Source: Azolla caroliniana
Lineage: Eukaryota; Plantae; Polypodiophyta
Assembly: GCA_043228905.1 (NCBI GenBank)
Contig: JBHGNT010000091.1
Span: 29,905 to 93,904, forward strand
Direction of reading: 5' to 3'
DNA length: 64,000 nucleotides
Made by a program: the position numbers and the translations under genes. The notes below the pieces were generated by a model, which was not told the DNA's origin, did not search any database, and saw only the letters and a program-made list of their open reading frames with translations. The stretch's first letter is position 1; every line of letters begins with the position of its first letter. This document shows, in pieces, positions 1 to 14,000 of the stretch.

Positions 1-3000
1 TTTGAGGAGTGAGTTGAGAGGAGCCCTTGAGTAAATGAAAATGTTCATACCTGGCTCGTGTAATATCGGATTTTTGTGTTCAAACATGCGAATCGAAGCT
101 AACAACGCTAGCTATGACATGGAATTAAAAAATCAAGATTTTGAAACTCAGGTCGAGAGACATGACGAAATTTCCAAATTTGAGGAGTGAGTTGAGAAGA
201 GCTAGGAGGTAAATTAAATAGTTCATACCTGGCTCGTGTGATATCGTATATTTGTGTTCAAACATGCGAATCGAAGCTAACAACGCTAGCTATGATCTGG
301 AATTAAAAAATAAAGATTTTGAAACTCAGGTCGAGAGACATGATGAAATTACCAAATTTGAGGAGTGACTTGAGAGGAGCCCTTCAGTAAATGAAAATGT
401 TCATACCTGGCTCGTGTGATATCGGATTTTTGTGTTCAAACATGCGAATCGAAGCTAACAATGCTAGCTATGATATGGAATTAAAAAATCAAGATTTTGA
501 AACTCAGGTCGACAGACATGACGAAATTACCAAATTTGAGGAGTGAGTTGAGAGGAGCCCTTGAGTAAATGAAAATGTTCATACCTGGCTCGTGTCATAT
601 CGGATTTTTGTGTTCAAACATGCGAATCGAAGCTAACAACACTACCTATGATATGCAATTAAAAAATCAAGATTTTGAAACTCAGGTCGAGAGACATGAC
701 GAAATTACCAAATTTGAGGAGTGAGTTGAGAAAAGCTAGGAGGTAAATTAAATAGTTCATACCTGGCTCGTGTGATATCGTATATTTGTGTTCAAACATG
801 CGAATCGAAGCTAACAACGCTAGCTATGATATGGAATTAAGAAATCAAGATTTTGAAACTCAGGTCGAGAGACATGAGGAAATTACCAAATTTGAGGAGT
901 GAGTTAAGACGAGCTAGTGGGTAAACGAAAATGTTCATACCTAGCTCGTGTGATATCGGATTTTTGTGTTCAAACATGCGAATCGAAGCTAACAACACTA
1001 CGTATGATATGGAATTAAAAAATCAAGATTTTGAAACTCAGGTCGAGAGACATGACGAAATTAGCAAACTTGAGGAAGTAGTGGAGAGGAGCCCTTGAGT
1101 AAATCAAAATGTTCATACCTGGCTCGTGTGATATCGGATTTTTGTGTTCAAACATGCGAATCGAAGCTAACAATGCTAGCTATGATATGGAATTAAAAAA
1201 TCAAGATTTTGAAACTCAGGTCAACAGACATGACGAAATTACCAAATTTGAGGAGTGAGTTGAGAGGAGCCCTTCAGTAAATTAAAATGTTCATACCTGG
1301 CACGTGTTATATCGGATTTTTGTGTTCAAACATGCGAATCGAAGCTAACAACGCTAGCTATTATATGGAATTAAAAAATCAAGATTTTGAAACTCAGGTC
1401 GAGAGACATGATGAAATTACCAAATTTGAGGAGTGAGTTAAGACGAGCTAGGAGGTAAATTAAAATATTCATACCTGACTCGTGTCATATCGTATTTTTG
1501 TTTTCAAACATGCGAATCGAAGCTAACAACGCTAGCTATGATGGGGAATTAAAAAATCAAGATTTTGAAACTCAAGTCGAGAGACATGACGAAATTACCA
1601 AATTTGAGGAGTGAGTTAAGAAGAGCTAGGAGGTAAATTAAAATGTTCATACCTGGCTCGTGTGTTATCCGATTTCTGTGTTCAAACATGCGAATCGAAG
1701 CTAACAACGCTAGCTATGATATGGAATTAAAAAATCAAGATTTTAAAACTCAGGTCGACAGACACGACGAAATTACCATATTTGAGGAGTGAGTTGAGAG
1801 GAGCCCTTGAGTAAATTAAAATGTTCATACCTGGCTCGTGTCATATCGGATTTTTGTGTTCAAACATGCGAATCGAAGCTAACAACGCTAGCTATGATAT
1901 GGAATTAAAAAATCAAGATTTTGAAACTCAGGTCGAGAGACATGAAGAAATTACCAAATTTGAGGAGTGAGTTGAGAGGAGCCCTTGAGTAAATCAAAAT
2001 GTTCATACCTGGCTCGTGTCATATCGGATTTTTGTGTTCAAACATGCGAATCGAAGCTAACAACGCTAGCTATGATATGGAATTAAAAAATCAAGATTTT
2101 GAAACTCAGGTCGAGAGACATGATGAAATTACCAAATTTGAGGAGTGAGTTAAGACGAGCTAGTGGGTAAACGAAAATATTCATACCTAGCTCGTGTCAT
2201 ATCGGATTTTTGTGTTCAAATATGCGAATCGAAGCTAACAACGCTAGCTATGATATGGAATTAAAAAATCAAGATTTTGAAACTCAGGTCGACAGACATG
2301 ACGAAATTACCAAATTTGAGGAGTGAGTTGAGAGCAGCTAGTGGGTAAACGAAAATGTTCATACCTAGCTCGTGTGATATCGGATTTTTGTGTTCAAACT
2401 TGCGAATCGAAGCTAACAACGCTAGTTATGATATGGAATTAAAAAATCAAGATTTTGAAACTCAGGTCGACAGACATGACGAAATTACCAAATTTGAGGA
2501 GTGAGTTGAGAGGAGCCCTTGAGTAAATCAAAATGTTCATACCTGGCTCGTGTCATATCGGATTTTTGTGTTCAAACATGCGAATCGAAGCTAACAACGC
2601 TAGCTATGATATGGAATTAAAAAATCAAGATTTTGAAACTCAGGTCGACAGACATGACGAAATTACCAAATTTGAGGAGTGAGTTGAGAAGAGCCCTTGA
2701 GTAAATGAAAATGTTCATACCTGGCTCGTGTGATATCGGAGTTTTGTGTTCAAACATGCGAATCGAAGCTAACAACGCTAGCTATGATATGGAATTAAAA
2801 AATCAAGATTTTGAAACTCAGGTCGACAGACATGACGAAATTACCAAATTTGAGTAGTGAGTTGAGAGGAGCCCTTCAGTAAATTAAAATGTTCATACCT
2901 GGCTCGTGTCATATCGGAGTTTTGTGTTCAAACATGCGAATCGAAGATAACAACGCTAGCTATTATATGGAATTAAAAAATCAAGATTTTGAAACTCAGG

Positions 3001-6000
3001 TCGACAGACATGACGAAATTACCAAATTTGAGGAGTGAGTTGAGAGGAGCCCTTGAGTAAATCGAAATGTTCATACCTGGCTCGTGTCATATCGGAGTTT
3101 TGTGTTCAAACATGTGAATCGAAGCTAACAACGCTAGCTATGATATGGAATTAAAAAATCAAGATTTTGAAACTCAGGTCGAGAGACATGACGAAATTTC
3201 CAAATTTGAGGAGTGAGTTGAGAAGAGCTAGGAGGTAAATTAAATAGTTCATACCTGGCTCGTGTGATATCGGATTTTTGTGTTCAAACATGCGAATCGA
3301 AGCTAACAATGCTAGTTATGATATGGAATTAAAAAATCAAGATTTTGAAACTCAAGTCGACAGACATGACGAAATTACCAAATTTGAGGAGTGAGTTGAG
3401 AGGAGCCCTTGAGTAAATTAAAATATTCATACCTGGCTCGTGTCATATCGGATTTTTGTGTTCAAACATGCGAATCGAAGCTAACAATACTACCTATGAT
3501 ATGGAATTAAAAAATCAAGATTTTGAAACTCAGGTCGACAGACATGACGAAATTACCAAATTTGAGGAGTGAGTTGAGAGCAGCTAGTGGGTAAACGAAA
3601 ATGTTCATACCTAGCTCGTGTGATATCGGATTTTTGTGTTCAAACTTGCGAATCGAAGCTAACAACGCTAGTTATGATATGGAATTAAAAAATCAAGATT
3701 TTGAAACTCAGGTCGAGAGACATGACGAAATTTCCAAATTTGAGGAGTGAGTTGAGAAGAGCCCTTGAGTAAATGAAAATGTTCATACCTGGCTCGTGTG
3801 ATATCGGAGTTTTGTGTTCAAACATGCGAATCGAAGCTAACAACGCTAGCTATGATATGGAATTAAAAAATCAAGATTTTGAAACTCAGGTCGACAGACA
3901 TGACGAAATTACCAAATTTGAGTAGTGAGTTGAGAGGAGCCCTTGAGTAAATTAAAATGTTCATACCTGGCTCGTGTGATATCAGAGTTTTGTGTTCAAA
4001 CATGCGAATCGAAGCTAACAACGCTAGCTATGATTTGGAATTAAAAAATCAAGATTTTGAAACTCAGGTCGAGAGACATGATGAAATTACCAAATTTGAG
4101 GAGTGAGTTAAGACGAGCTAGTGGGTAAACGAAAATATTCATACCTAGCTCGTGTCATATCGGATTTTTGTGTTCAAATATGCGAATCGAAGCTAACAAC
4201 GCTAGCTATGATATGGAATTAAAAAATCAAGATTTTGAAACTCAGGTCGACAGACATGACGAAATTACCAAATTTGAGGAGTGAGTTGAGAGCAGCTAGT
4301 GGGTAAACGAAAATGTTCATACCTAGCTCGTGTGATATCGGATTTTTGTGTTCAAACTTGCGAATCGAAGCTAACAATGCTAGCTATGATATGGAATTAA
4401 AAAATCAAGATTTTGAAACTCAGGTCGAGAGACATGACGAAATTTCCAAATTTGAGGAGTGAGTTGAGAAGAGCTAGGAGGTAAATTAAATAGTTCATAC
4501 CTGGCTCGTGTGATATCGGATTTTTGTGTTCAAACATGCGAATCGAAGCTAACAACGCTAGCTATGATATGGAATTAAAAAATCAAGATTTTGAAACTCA
4601 GGTCGACAGACATGACGAAATTACCAAATTTGAGGAGTGAGTTGAGAAGAACCCTTGAGTAAATGAAAATGTTCATACCTGGCTCGTGTGATATCGGAGT
4701 TTTGTGTTCAAACATGCGAATCGAAGCTAACAACGCTAGCTCTGAAATGGAATTAAAAAATCAAGATTTTGAAACTCAGGTCGAGATACATGACGAAATT
4801 ACCAAATTTGAGGATTGAGTTGAGAGGAGCCCTTGAGTAAATCAAAATGTTCATACCTGGCTCGTGTCCTATCGGATTTTTGTGTTCAAACATGCGAATC
4901 GAAGCTAACAACGCTAGCTATGATATGGAATTAAAAAATCAAGATTTTGAAACTCAGGTCGAGAGACATGACGAAATTTCCAAATTTGAGGAGTGAGTTG
5001 AGAAGAGCCCTTGAATAAATGAAAATGTTCATACCTGGCTCGTGTGATATCGGAGTTTTGTGTTCAAACATGCGAATCGAAGCTAACAACGCTAGCTATG
5101 ATATGGAATTAAAAAATCAAGATTTTGAAACTCAGGTCGACAGACATGACGAAATTACCAAATTTGAGGAGTGAGTTGAGAAGAACCTTTAAGTAAATGA
5201 AAATGTTCATACCTGGCTCGTGTGATATCGGAGTTTTGTGTTCAAACATGCGAATCGAAACTAAGAACGCTAGCTCTGAAATGGAATTAAAAAATCAAGA
5301 TTTTGAAACTCAGGTTGACAGACATGACGAAATTACCAAATTTGAGGAGTGAGTTGAGAGGAGCCCTTGAGTAAATCAAAATGTTCATACCTTGCTCGTG
5401 TGATATCGGATTTCTGTGTTCAAACATGCGAATCGAAGCTAACAATGCTAGCTATGATGTGGAATTAAAAAATCAAGATTTTGAAACTCAGGTCGAGAGA
5501 CATGACGAAATTAGCAAACTTGAGGAAGTAGTGGAGAGGAGCCCTTGAGTAAAGGAAAATGTTCATACCTGGCTCGTGTGATATCGGATTTTTGTGTTCA
5601 AACATGCGAATCGAAGCTAACAACGCTAGCTATGATATGGAATTAAAAAATCAAGATTTTGAAACTCAGGTCGAGAGACATGACGAACTTACCAAATTTG
5701 AGGGGTGAGTTGAGAGGAGCCCTTGAGTAAATCAAAATGTTCATACCTGGCTCGTGTCATATCGGATTTTTGTGTTCAAACATGCGAATCGAAGCTAACA
5801 ACGCTAGCTATGATATGGAATTAAAAAATCAAGATTTTGAAACTCAGGTAGAGAGACATGACGAAATTACCAAATTTGAGGAGTGAGTTCAGAAGAGCTA
5901 GGAGGTAAATTAAATAGTTCATACCTGGCTCGTGTGATATCGGATTTTTGTGTTCAAACATGCGGATCGAAGCTAACAATGCTAGCTATGATATGGAATT

Positions 6001-6059
6001 AAAAAATCAAGATTTTAAAACTCAGGTCGACAGACACGACGAAATTACCATATTTGAGG
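1..6059 (+). repeat. 178-bp tandem satellite array, orientation A (~34 monomers; continues off the left edge)
   Basis: TTTGAGGAGTGA recurs at 1, 179, 357..., a 178-bp period. Consensus is approximately tttgaggagtgagttgagaggagcccttgagtaaatNaaaatgttcatacctggctcgtgtSatatcggatttttgtgttcaaacatgcgaatcgaagctaacaacgctagctatgatatggaattaaaaaatcaagattttgaaactcaggtcgaSagacatgacgaaattaccaaa. Nucleosome-sized monomers are typical of plant centromeric satellites, but centromere function is inferred, not shown. Confidence 0.97.
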
Positions 6060-6077
6060 TACGACAGACACGACAGC
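6060..6077. other. Satellite strand-switch (inversion) junction with 18-bp filler DNA
   Basis: The orientation-A monomer stops at ...tatttgagg (6059). The filler tacgacagacacgacagc follows, then reverse-complement monomers begin at cctgagtttcaaaatc (6078). Bases 6062-6074 are identical to 6028-6040. Confidence 0.93.
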
Positions 6078-9000
6078 CCTGAGTTTCAAAATCTTGATTT
6101 TTTAGTTCCATATCATAGGTAGTGTTGTTAGCTTCTATTCGCATGTTTGAACACAAAAATCCGATATGACACGAGCCATGTATGAACATTTTAATTTACT
6201 CAAGGGCTCCTCCCAACTCACTCCTCAAATTTGGTAATTTCGTCATGTCTGTTGACCTGAGTTTTAAAATCTTGATTTTTTAATTCCATATCATAGCTAG
6301 CGTTGTTAGCTTCGAATCGCATGTTTGAACACAAAAATCCGATATCACACGAGCCAGGTATGAACTATTTAATTTACCTCCTAGCTCTTCTCAACTCACT
6401 CCTCAAATTTGGAAATTTCGTCATGTCTCTCGACCTGAGTTTCAAAATCTTGATTTTTTAATTCCATATCATAACTAGCGTTGTTAGCTTCGATTCGCAT
6501 GTTTGAACACAAAAATCCGATATCACACGAGCCAGGTATGAACATTTTCATTTACTCAAGGGCTCTTCTCAACTCACTCCTCAAATTTGGAAATTTCGTC
6601 ATGTCTCTCGACCTGAGTTTCAAAATCTTGATTTTTTAATTCCATATCATAACTAGCGTTGTTAGCTTCGATTCGCATGTTTGAACACAAAAATCCGATA
6701 TGACACGAGCCAGGTATAAACATTTTGATTTACTCAAGGGCTCTTCTCAACTCACTCCTCAAATTTGGAAATTTCGTCATGTCTCGCGACCTGCGTTTCA
6801 AAATCTTGATTTTTTAATTCCATATCATAGCTAGCATTGTTAGCTTCGATTCGCATGTTTGAACACAAAAATCCGATATGACACGAGCCAGGTATGAACA
6901 TTTTGATTTACTCAAGGGCTCCTCTCAACTCACTCCTCAAATTTGGTAATTTCGTCATGTATCTCGACCTGAGTTTCAAAATCTTGATTTTTTAATTCCA
7001 TTTCAGAGCTAGCGTTGTTAGCTTCGATTCGCATGTTTGAACACAAAAATCCGATATCACACAAGCCAGGTATGAACATTTTCACTTACTCAAGGGCTCC
7101 TCTCCACTACTTCCTCAAGTTTGCTAATTTCGTCATGTCTCTCGACCTGAGTTTCAAAATCTTGATTTTTTAGTTCCATATCATAGGTAGTGTTGTTAGC
7201 TTCGATTCGCATGTTTGAACACAAAACTCCGATATCACACGAGCCAGGTATGAACATTTTCATTTACTCAAGGGTTCTTCTCAACTCACTCCTCAAATTT
7301 GGTAATTTCGTCATGTCTGTCGACCTGAGTTTCAAAATCTTGATTTTTTAATTCCATATCATAGCTAGCGTTGTTAGCTTCGAATCGCATGTTTGACAAC
7401 AAAAATCCGACATCACACGAGCCAGGTATGAACTATTTAATTTACCTCCTAGCTCTTCTCAACTCACTCCTCAAATTTGGAAATTTCGTCATGTCTCTCG
7501 ACCTGAGTTTCAAAATCTTGATTTTTTAATTCCATATCATAACTAGCGTTGTTAGCTTCGATTCGCATGTTTGAACACAAAAATCCGATATCACACGAGC
7601 CAGGTATGAACATTTTCATTTACTCAAGGGCTCTTCTCAACTCACTCCTCAAATTTCGAAATTTCGTCATGTCTCTCGACCTGAGTTTCAAAATCTTGAT
7701 TTTTTAATTCCATATCATAGCTAGCGTTGTTAGCTTCGATTCGCATGTTTGAACACAAAAATCCGATATGACACGAGCCAGGTATGAACATTTTAATTTA
7801 ATCAAGGGCTCCTCTCAACTCGCTCCTCAAATTTGGTAATTCCGTCATGTATCTCGACCTGAGTTTCAAAACCTTGATTTTTTAATTCCATATCAGAGCT
7901 AGCGTTGTTAGCTTCGATTCCCATGTTTGAACACAAAAATCCGATATGATACGTGCCAGGTATGAACATTTTAATTTACTCAGGGCTCCTCTCAACTCAC
8001 TCCTCAAAATTTGGAAATTTCGTCATGTCTCTCGACCTTAGTTTCAAAATCTTGATTTTTTAGTTCCATATCATAGGTAGTGTTGTTAGCTTCTATTCGC
8101 ATGTTTGAACACAAAAATCCGATATGACACGAGCCAGGTATGAACATTTTAATTTACTCAAGGGCTCCCCTCAACTCACTCCTCAAATTTGGTAATTTCG
8201 TCATGTCTGTCGACCTGAGTTTTAAAATCTTGATTTTTTAATTCTATATCAGAGCTAGCGTTGTTAGCTTCGATTCACATGTTTGAACACAAAAATCCGA
8301 TATGACACGAGCCAGGTATGAACATTTTAATTTACCTCCTAGCTCTTCTGAACTCACTCCTCAAATTTGGTAATTTCGTCATGTCTCTCGACCTGAGTTT
8401 CAAAATCATGATTTTTTAATTCCCCATCATAGGTAGCGTTGTTAGCTTCGATTCGCATGATTGAAAACAAAAATATGATATGACACGAGTCAGGTATGAA
8501 TATTTTAATTTACTCAAGGGCTCCTCTCAACTCACTCCTCAAATTTGGTAATTTCGTCATGTCTGTCAACCTGAGTTTCAAAATCTTGATTTTTTAATTC
8601 CATATCATAACTACCGTTGTTAGCTTCGATTCGCATGTTTGAACACAAAAATCCGATATGACACGAGCCAGGTATGAACATTTTGATTTACTCAAGGGCT
8701 CCTCTCAACTCACCCCTCAAATTTGGTAAGTTCGTCATGTCTCTCGACCTGAGTTTCAAAATCTTGATTTTTTAATTCCATATCATAGCTAGCGTTGTTA
8801 GCTTCGATTCGCATGTTTGAACACAAAAATCCGATATCACACGAGCCAGGTATGAACATTTTCCTTTACTCAAGGGCTCTTCTCAACTCACTCCTCAAAT
8901 TGTGTAATTTCGTCATGTCTCTCGACCTGAGTTTCAAAATCTTGATTTTTTAATTCCATATCATAGCTAGCATTGTTAGCTTCGATTCGCATGTTTGAAC

Positions 9001-11099
9001 ACAGAAATCCGATATCACACGAGCAAGGTATGAACATTTTGATTTACTCAAGGGCTCCTCTCATCTCACTCCTCAAATTTGGTAATTTCTTCATGTCTGT
9101 CAACCTGAGTTTCAAAATCTTGATTTTTTAATTCCATATCATAACTAGCGTTGTTAGCTTCGATTCGCATGTTTGAACACAAAAATCCGATATGACACGA
9201 GCCAGGTATGAACATTTCGATTTACTCAAGGGCTCCTCTCAACTCACTCCTCAAATTTGGTAATTTCGTCATGTCTGTCGACCTGAGTTTCAAAATCTTG
9301 ATTTTTTTATTCCATATCATAGCTAGCGTTGTTAGCTTCGATTCGCATGTTTGAACACAAAACTCCGATATCACACGAGCCAGGTATGAACATTTTCATT
9401 TACTCAAGGGCTACTCTCAACTCACTCCTCAAATTTGGAAATTTCGTCATGTCTCTCGACCTGAGTTTCAAAATCTTGATTTTTTAATTCCATATCATAG
9501 CTAGCGTTGTTAGCTTCGATTCGCATGTTTGAACACAAAACTCCGATATCACACGAGCCAGGTATGAACATTTTCATTTATTCAAGGGCTCTTCTCAACT
9601 CACTCCTCAAATTTGGAAATTTCGTCATGTCTCTCGACCTGAGTTTCAAAATCTTGATTTTTTAATTCCATATCATAGCTAGCGTTGTTAGCTTCGATTC
9701 GCATGTTTGAACACAAAAATCCGATAGGACACAAGCCAGGTATGAACATTTTGATTTACTCAAGGGCTCCTCTCAACTCAATCCTCAAATTTGGTAATTT
9801 CGTCATGTATCTCGACCTGAGTTTCAAAATCTTGATTTTTTGATTCCATTTCAGAGCTAGCGTTGTTAGCTTCGATTCGCATGTTTGAACACAAAACTCC
9901 GATATCACACGAGCCAGGTATGAACATTTTCATTTACTCAAGGGTTCTTCTCAACTCATTCCTCAAATTTGGTAATTTCGTCATGTCTGTCGACCTGAGT
10001 TTCAAAATCTTGATTTTTTAATTCCATATCATAGCTAGCATTGTTAGCTTCGATTCGCATGTTTGAACACAGAAATCCTATATCACACGAGCAAGGTATG
10101 AACATTTTGATTTACTCAAGGGCTCCTCTCAACTCACTCCTCAAATTTGGTAATTTCGTCATGTCTGTCAACCTGAGTTTCAAAATCTTGATTTTTTAAT
10201 TCCATATCATAACTAGCGTTGTTAGCTTCGATTCGCATGTTTGAACACAAAAATCCGATATGACACGAGCCAGGTATGAACATTTTGATTTACTCAAGGG
10301 CTCCTCTCAACTCACCCCTCAAATTTGGTAAGTTCGTCATGTCTCTCGACCTGAGTTTCAAAATCTTGATTTTTTAATTCCACATCATAGCTAGCATTGT
10401 TAGCTTCGATTCGCATGTTTGAACACAGAAATCCGATATCACACGAGCAAGGTATGAACATTTTGATTTACTCAAGGGCTCCTCTCAACTCACTCCTCAA
10501 ATTTGGTAATTTCGTCATGTCTGTCAACCTGAGTTTCAAAATCTTGATTTTTTAATTCCATATCATAGCTAGCGTTGTTAGCTTCGATTCGCATGTTTGA
10601 ACACAAAAATCCGATATCACACGAGCCAGGTATGAACATTTTCATTTACTCAAGGGTTCTTCTCAACTCACTCCTCAAATTTGGTAATTTCGTCATGTCT
10701 GTCGACCTGAGTTTCAAAATCTTGATTTTTTTATTCCATATCATAGCTAGCGTTGTTAGCTTCGATTCGCATGTTTGAACACAAAACTCCGATATCACAC
10801 GAGCCAGGTATGAACATTTTGATTTACTCAAGGGCTCCTCTCAACTCACTCCTCAAATTTGGTAATTTCGTCATGTATCTCGACCTGAGTTTCAAAATCT
10901 TGATTTTTTAATTCCATTTCAGAGCTAGCGTTGTTAGCTTCGATTCGCATGTTTGAACACAAAAATCCGATATCACACAAGCCAGGTATGAACATTTTCA
11001 CTTACTCAAGGGCTCCTCTCCACTACTTCCTCAAGTTTGCTAATTTCGTCATGTCTCTCGACCTGAGTTTCAAAATCTTGATTTTTTAATTCCATATCA

Positions 11100-14000
11100 T
11101 AGCTAGCGTTGTTAGCTTCGATTCGCATGTTTGAACACAAAAATCCGATATCACACGAGCCAGGTATGAACTATTTAATTTACCTCCTAGCTCTTCTCAA
11201 CTCACTCCTCAAATTTGGAAATTTCGTCATGTCTCTCGACCTGAGTTTCAAAATCTTGATTTTTTAATTCCATATCATAGCTAGCGTTGTTAGCTTCGAT
11301 TCGCATATTTGAACACAAAAATCCGATATGACACGAGCTAGGTATGAATATTTTCGTTTACCCACTAGCTCGTCTTAACTCACTCCTCAAATTTGGTAAT
11401 TTCATCATGTCTCTCGACCTGAGTTTCAAAATCTTGATTTTTTAATTCCATATCATAGCTAGCGTTGTTAGCTTCGATTCGCATGTTTGAACACAAAAAT
11501 CCGATATGACACGAGCCAGGTATGAACATTTTGATTTACTCAAGGGCTCCTCTCAACTCACTCCTCAAATTTGGAAATTTCGTCATGTCTCTCGACCTGA
11601 GTTTCAAAATCTTGATTTTTTAATTCCATATCATAGCTAGCGTTGTTAGCTTCGATTCGCATGTTTGAACACAAAAATCTGATATCACACGAGCCAGGTA
11701 TGAACTATTTAATTTACCTCCTAGCTCTTCTCAACTCACTCCTCAAATTTGGAAATTTCGTCATGTCTCTCGACCTGAGTTTCAAAATCTTGATTTTTTA
11801 ATTCCATATCATAGCTAGCATTGTTAGCTTCGATTCGCATATTTGAACACAGAAATCCGATATCACACGAGTCAGGTATGAACATTTTGATTTACTCAAG
11901 GGCTCCTCTCAACTCACTACTCAAATTTGGTAATTTCGTCATGTCTGTCGACCTGAGTTTCAAAATCTTGATTTTTTAATTCCATATCATAGGTAGTATT
12001 GTTAGCTTCGATTCGCATGTTTGAACACAAAAATCCGATATGACACGAGCCAGGTATGAACATTTTCATTTACTCAAGGGCTCCTCTCAACTCACTCCTC
12101 AAATTTGGTAATTTCATCATATCTCTCGACCTGAGTTTCAAAATCTTGATTTTTTAATTCCATATCATAGCTAGCGTTGTTAGCTTCGATTCGCATGTTT
12201 GAACACAAAACTCTGATATCACACGAGCCAGGTATGAACATTTTCATTTACTCAAGGGCTCTTCTCAACTCACTCCTCAAATTTGGAAATTTCGTCATGT
12301 CTCTCGACCTGCGTTTCAAAATCTTGATTTTTTAATTCCATATCATAGCTAGCATTGTTAGCTTCGATTCGCATGTTTGAACACAAAAATCCGATATGAC
12401 ACGAGCCAGGTATGAACATTTTGATTTACTCAAGGGCTCCTCTCAACTCACTCCTCAAATTTGGTAATTTCGTCATGTATCTCGACCTGAGTTTCAAAAT
12501 CTTGATTTTTTAATTCCATTTCAGAGCTAGCGTTCTTAGCTTCGATTCGCATGTTTGAACACAAAACTCCGATATCACACGAGCCAGGTATGAACATTTT
12601 CATTTACTCAAGGGTTCTTCTCAACTCACTCCTCAAATTTGGTAATTTCGTCATGTCTGTCGACCTGAGTTTCAAAATCTTGATTTTTTAATTCCATATC
12701 ATAGCTAGCGTTGTTAGCTTCGATTCGCATGTTTGAACACAAAAATCCGATATCACACGAGCCAGGTATGAACTATTTAATTTACCTCCTAGCTCCTCTC
12801 AACTCACTCCTCAAATTTGGTAAGTTCGTCATGTCTCTCGACCTGAGTTTCAAAATCTTGATTTTTTAATTCCATATCATAGCTAGCGTTGTTAGCTTCG
12901 ATTCGCATATTTGAACACAAAAATCCGATATGACACGAGCTAGGTATGAATATTTTCGTTTACCCACTAGCTCGTCTTAACTCACTCCTCAAATTTGGTA
13001 ATTTCATCATGTCTCTCGACCTGAGTTTCAAAATCTTGATTTTTTAATTCCATATCATAGCTAGCGTTGTTAGCTTCGATTCGCATGTTTGAACACAAAA
13101 ATCCGATATGACACGAGCCAGGTATGAACATTTTGATTTACTCAAGGGCTCCTCTCAACTCACTCCTCAAATTTGGAAATTTCGTCATGTCTCTCGACCT
13201 GAGTTTCAAAATCTTGATTTTTTAATTCCATATCATAGCTAGCGTTGTTAGCTTCGATTCGCATGTTTGAACACAAAAATCTGATATCACACGAGCCAGG
13301 TATGAACTATTTAATTTACCTCCTAGCTCTTCTCAACTCACTCCTCAAATTTGGAAATTTCGTCATGTCTCTCGACCTGAGTTTCAAAATCTTGATTTTT
13401 TAATTCCATATCATAGCTAGCATTGTTAGCTTCGATTCGCATATTTGAACACAGAAATCCGATATCACACGAGTCAGGTATGAACATTTTGATTTACTCA
13501 AGGGCTCCTCTCAACTCACTACTCAAATTTGGTAATTTCGTCATGTCTGTCGACCTGAGTTTCAAAATCTTGATTTTTTAATTCCATATCATAGGTAGTA
13601 TTGTTAGCTTCGATTCGCATGTTTGAACACAAAAATCCGATATGACACGAGCCAGGTATGAACATTTTCATTTACTCAAGGGCTCCTCTCAACTCACTCC
13701 TCAAATTTGGTAATTTCATCATATCTCTCGACCTGAGTTTCAAAATCTTGATTTTTTAATTCCATATCATAGCTAGCGTTGTTAGCTTCGATTCGCATGT
13801 TTGAACACAAAACTCTGATATCACACGAGCCAGGTATGAACATTTTCATTTACTCAAGGGCTCTTCTCAACTCACTCCTCAAATTTGGAAATTTCGTCAT
13901 GTCTCTCGACCTGCGTTTCAAAATCTTGATTTTTTAATTCCATATCATAGCTAGCATTGTTAGCTTCGATTCGCATGTTTGAACACAAAAATCCGATATG

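Noticed and set aside
5880-6260. Fold-back chimeric-read artefact as the cause of the strand switch
   Set aside because: The two sides are not mirror copies at the junction. The right side begins with a tagttcc/ttctattcgc monomer like that at ~8040, which is absent from the adjacent left arm, and the junction has a templated filler. Read support is still needed.
10575-10831. 67-aa and 61-aa ORFs in the satellite
   Set aside because: They are chance stop-free frames in particular monomer variants, with no protein features, and lie entirely within the tandem repeat.
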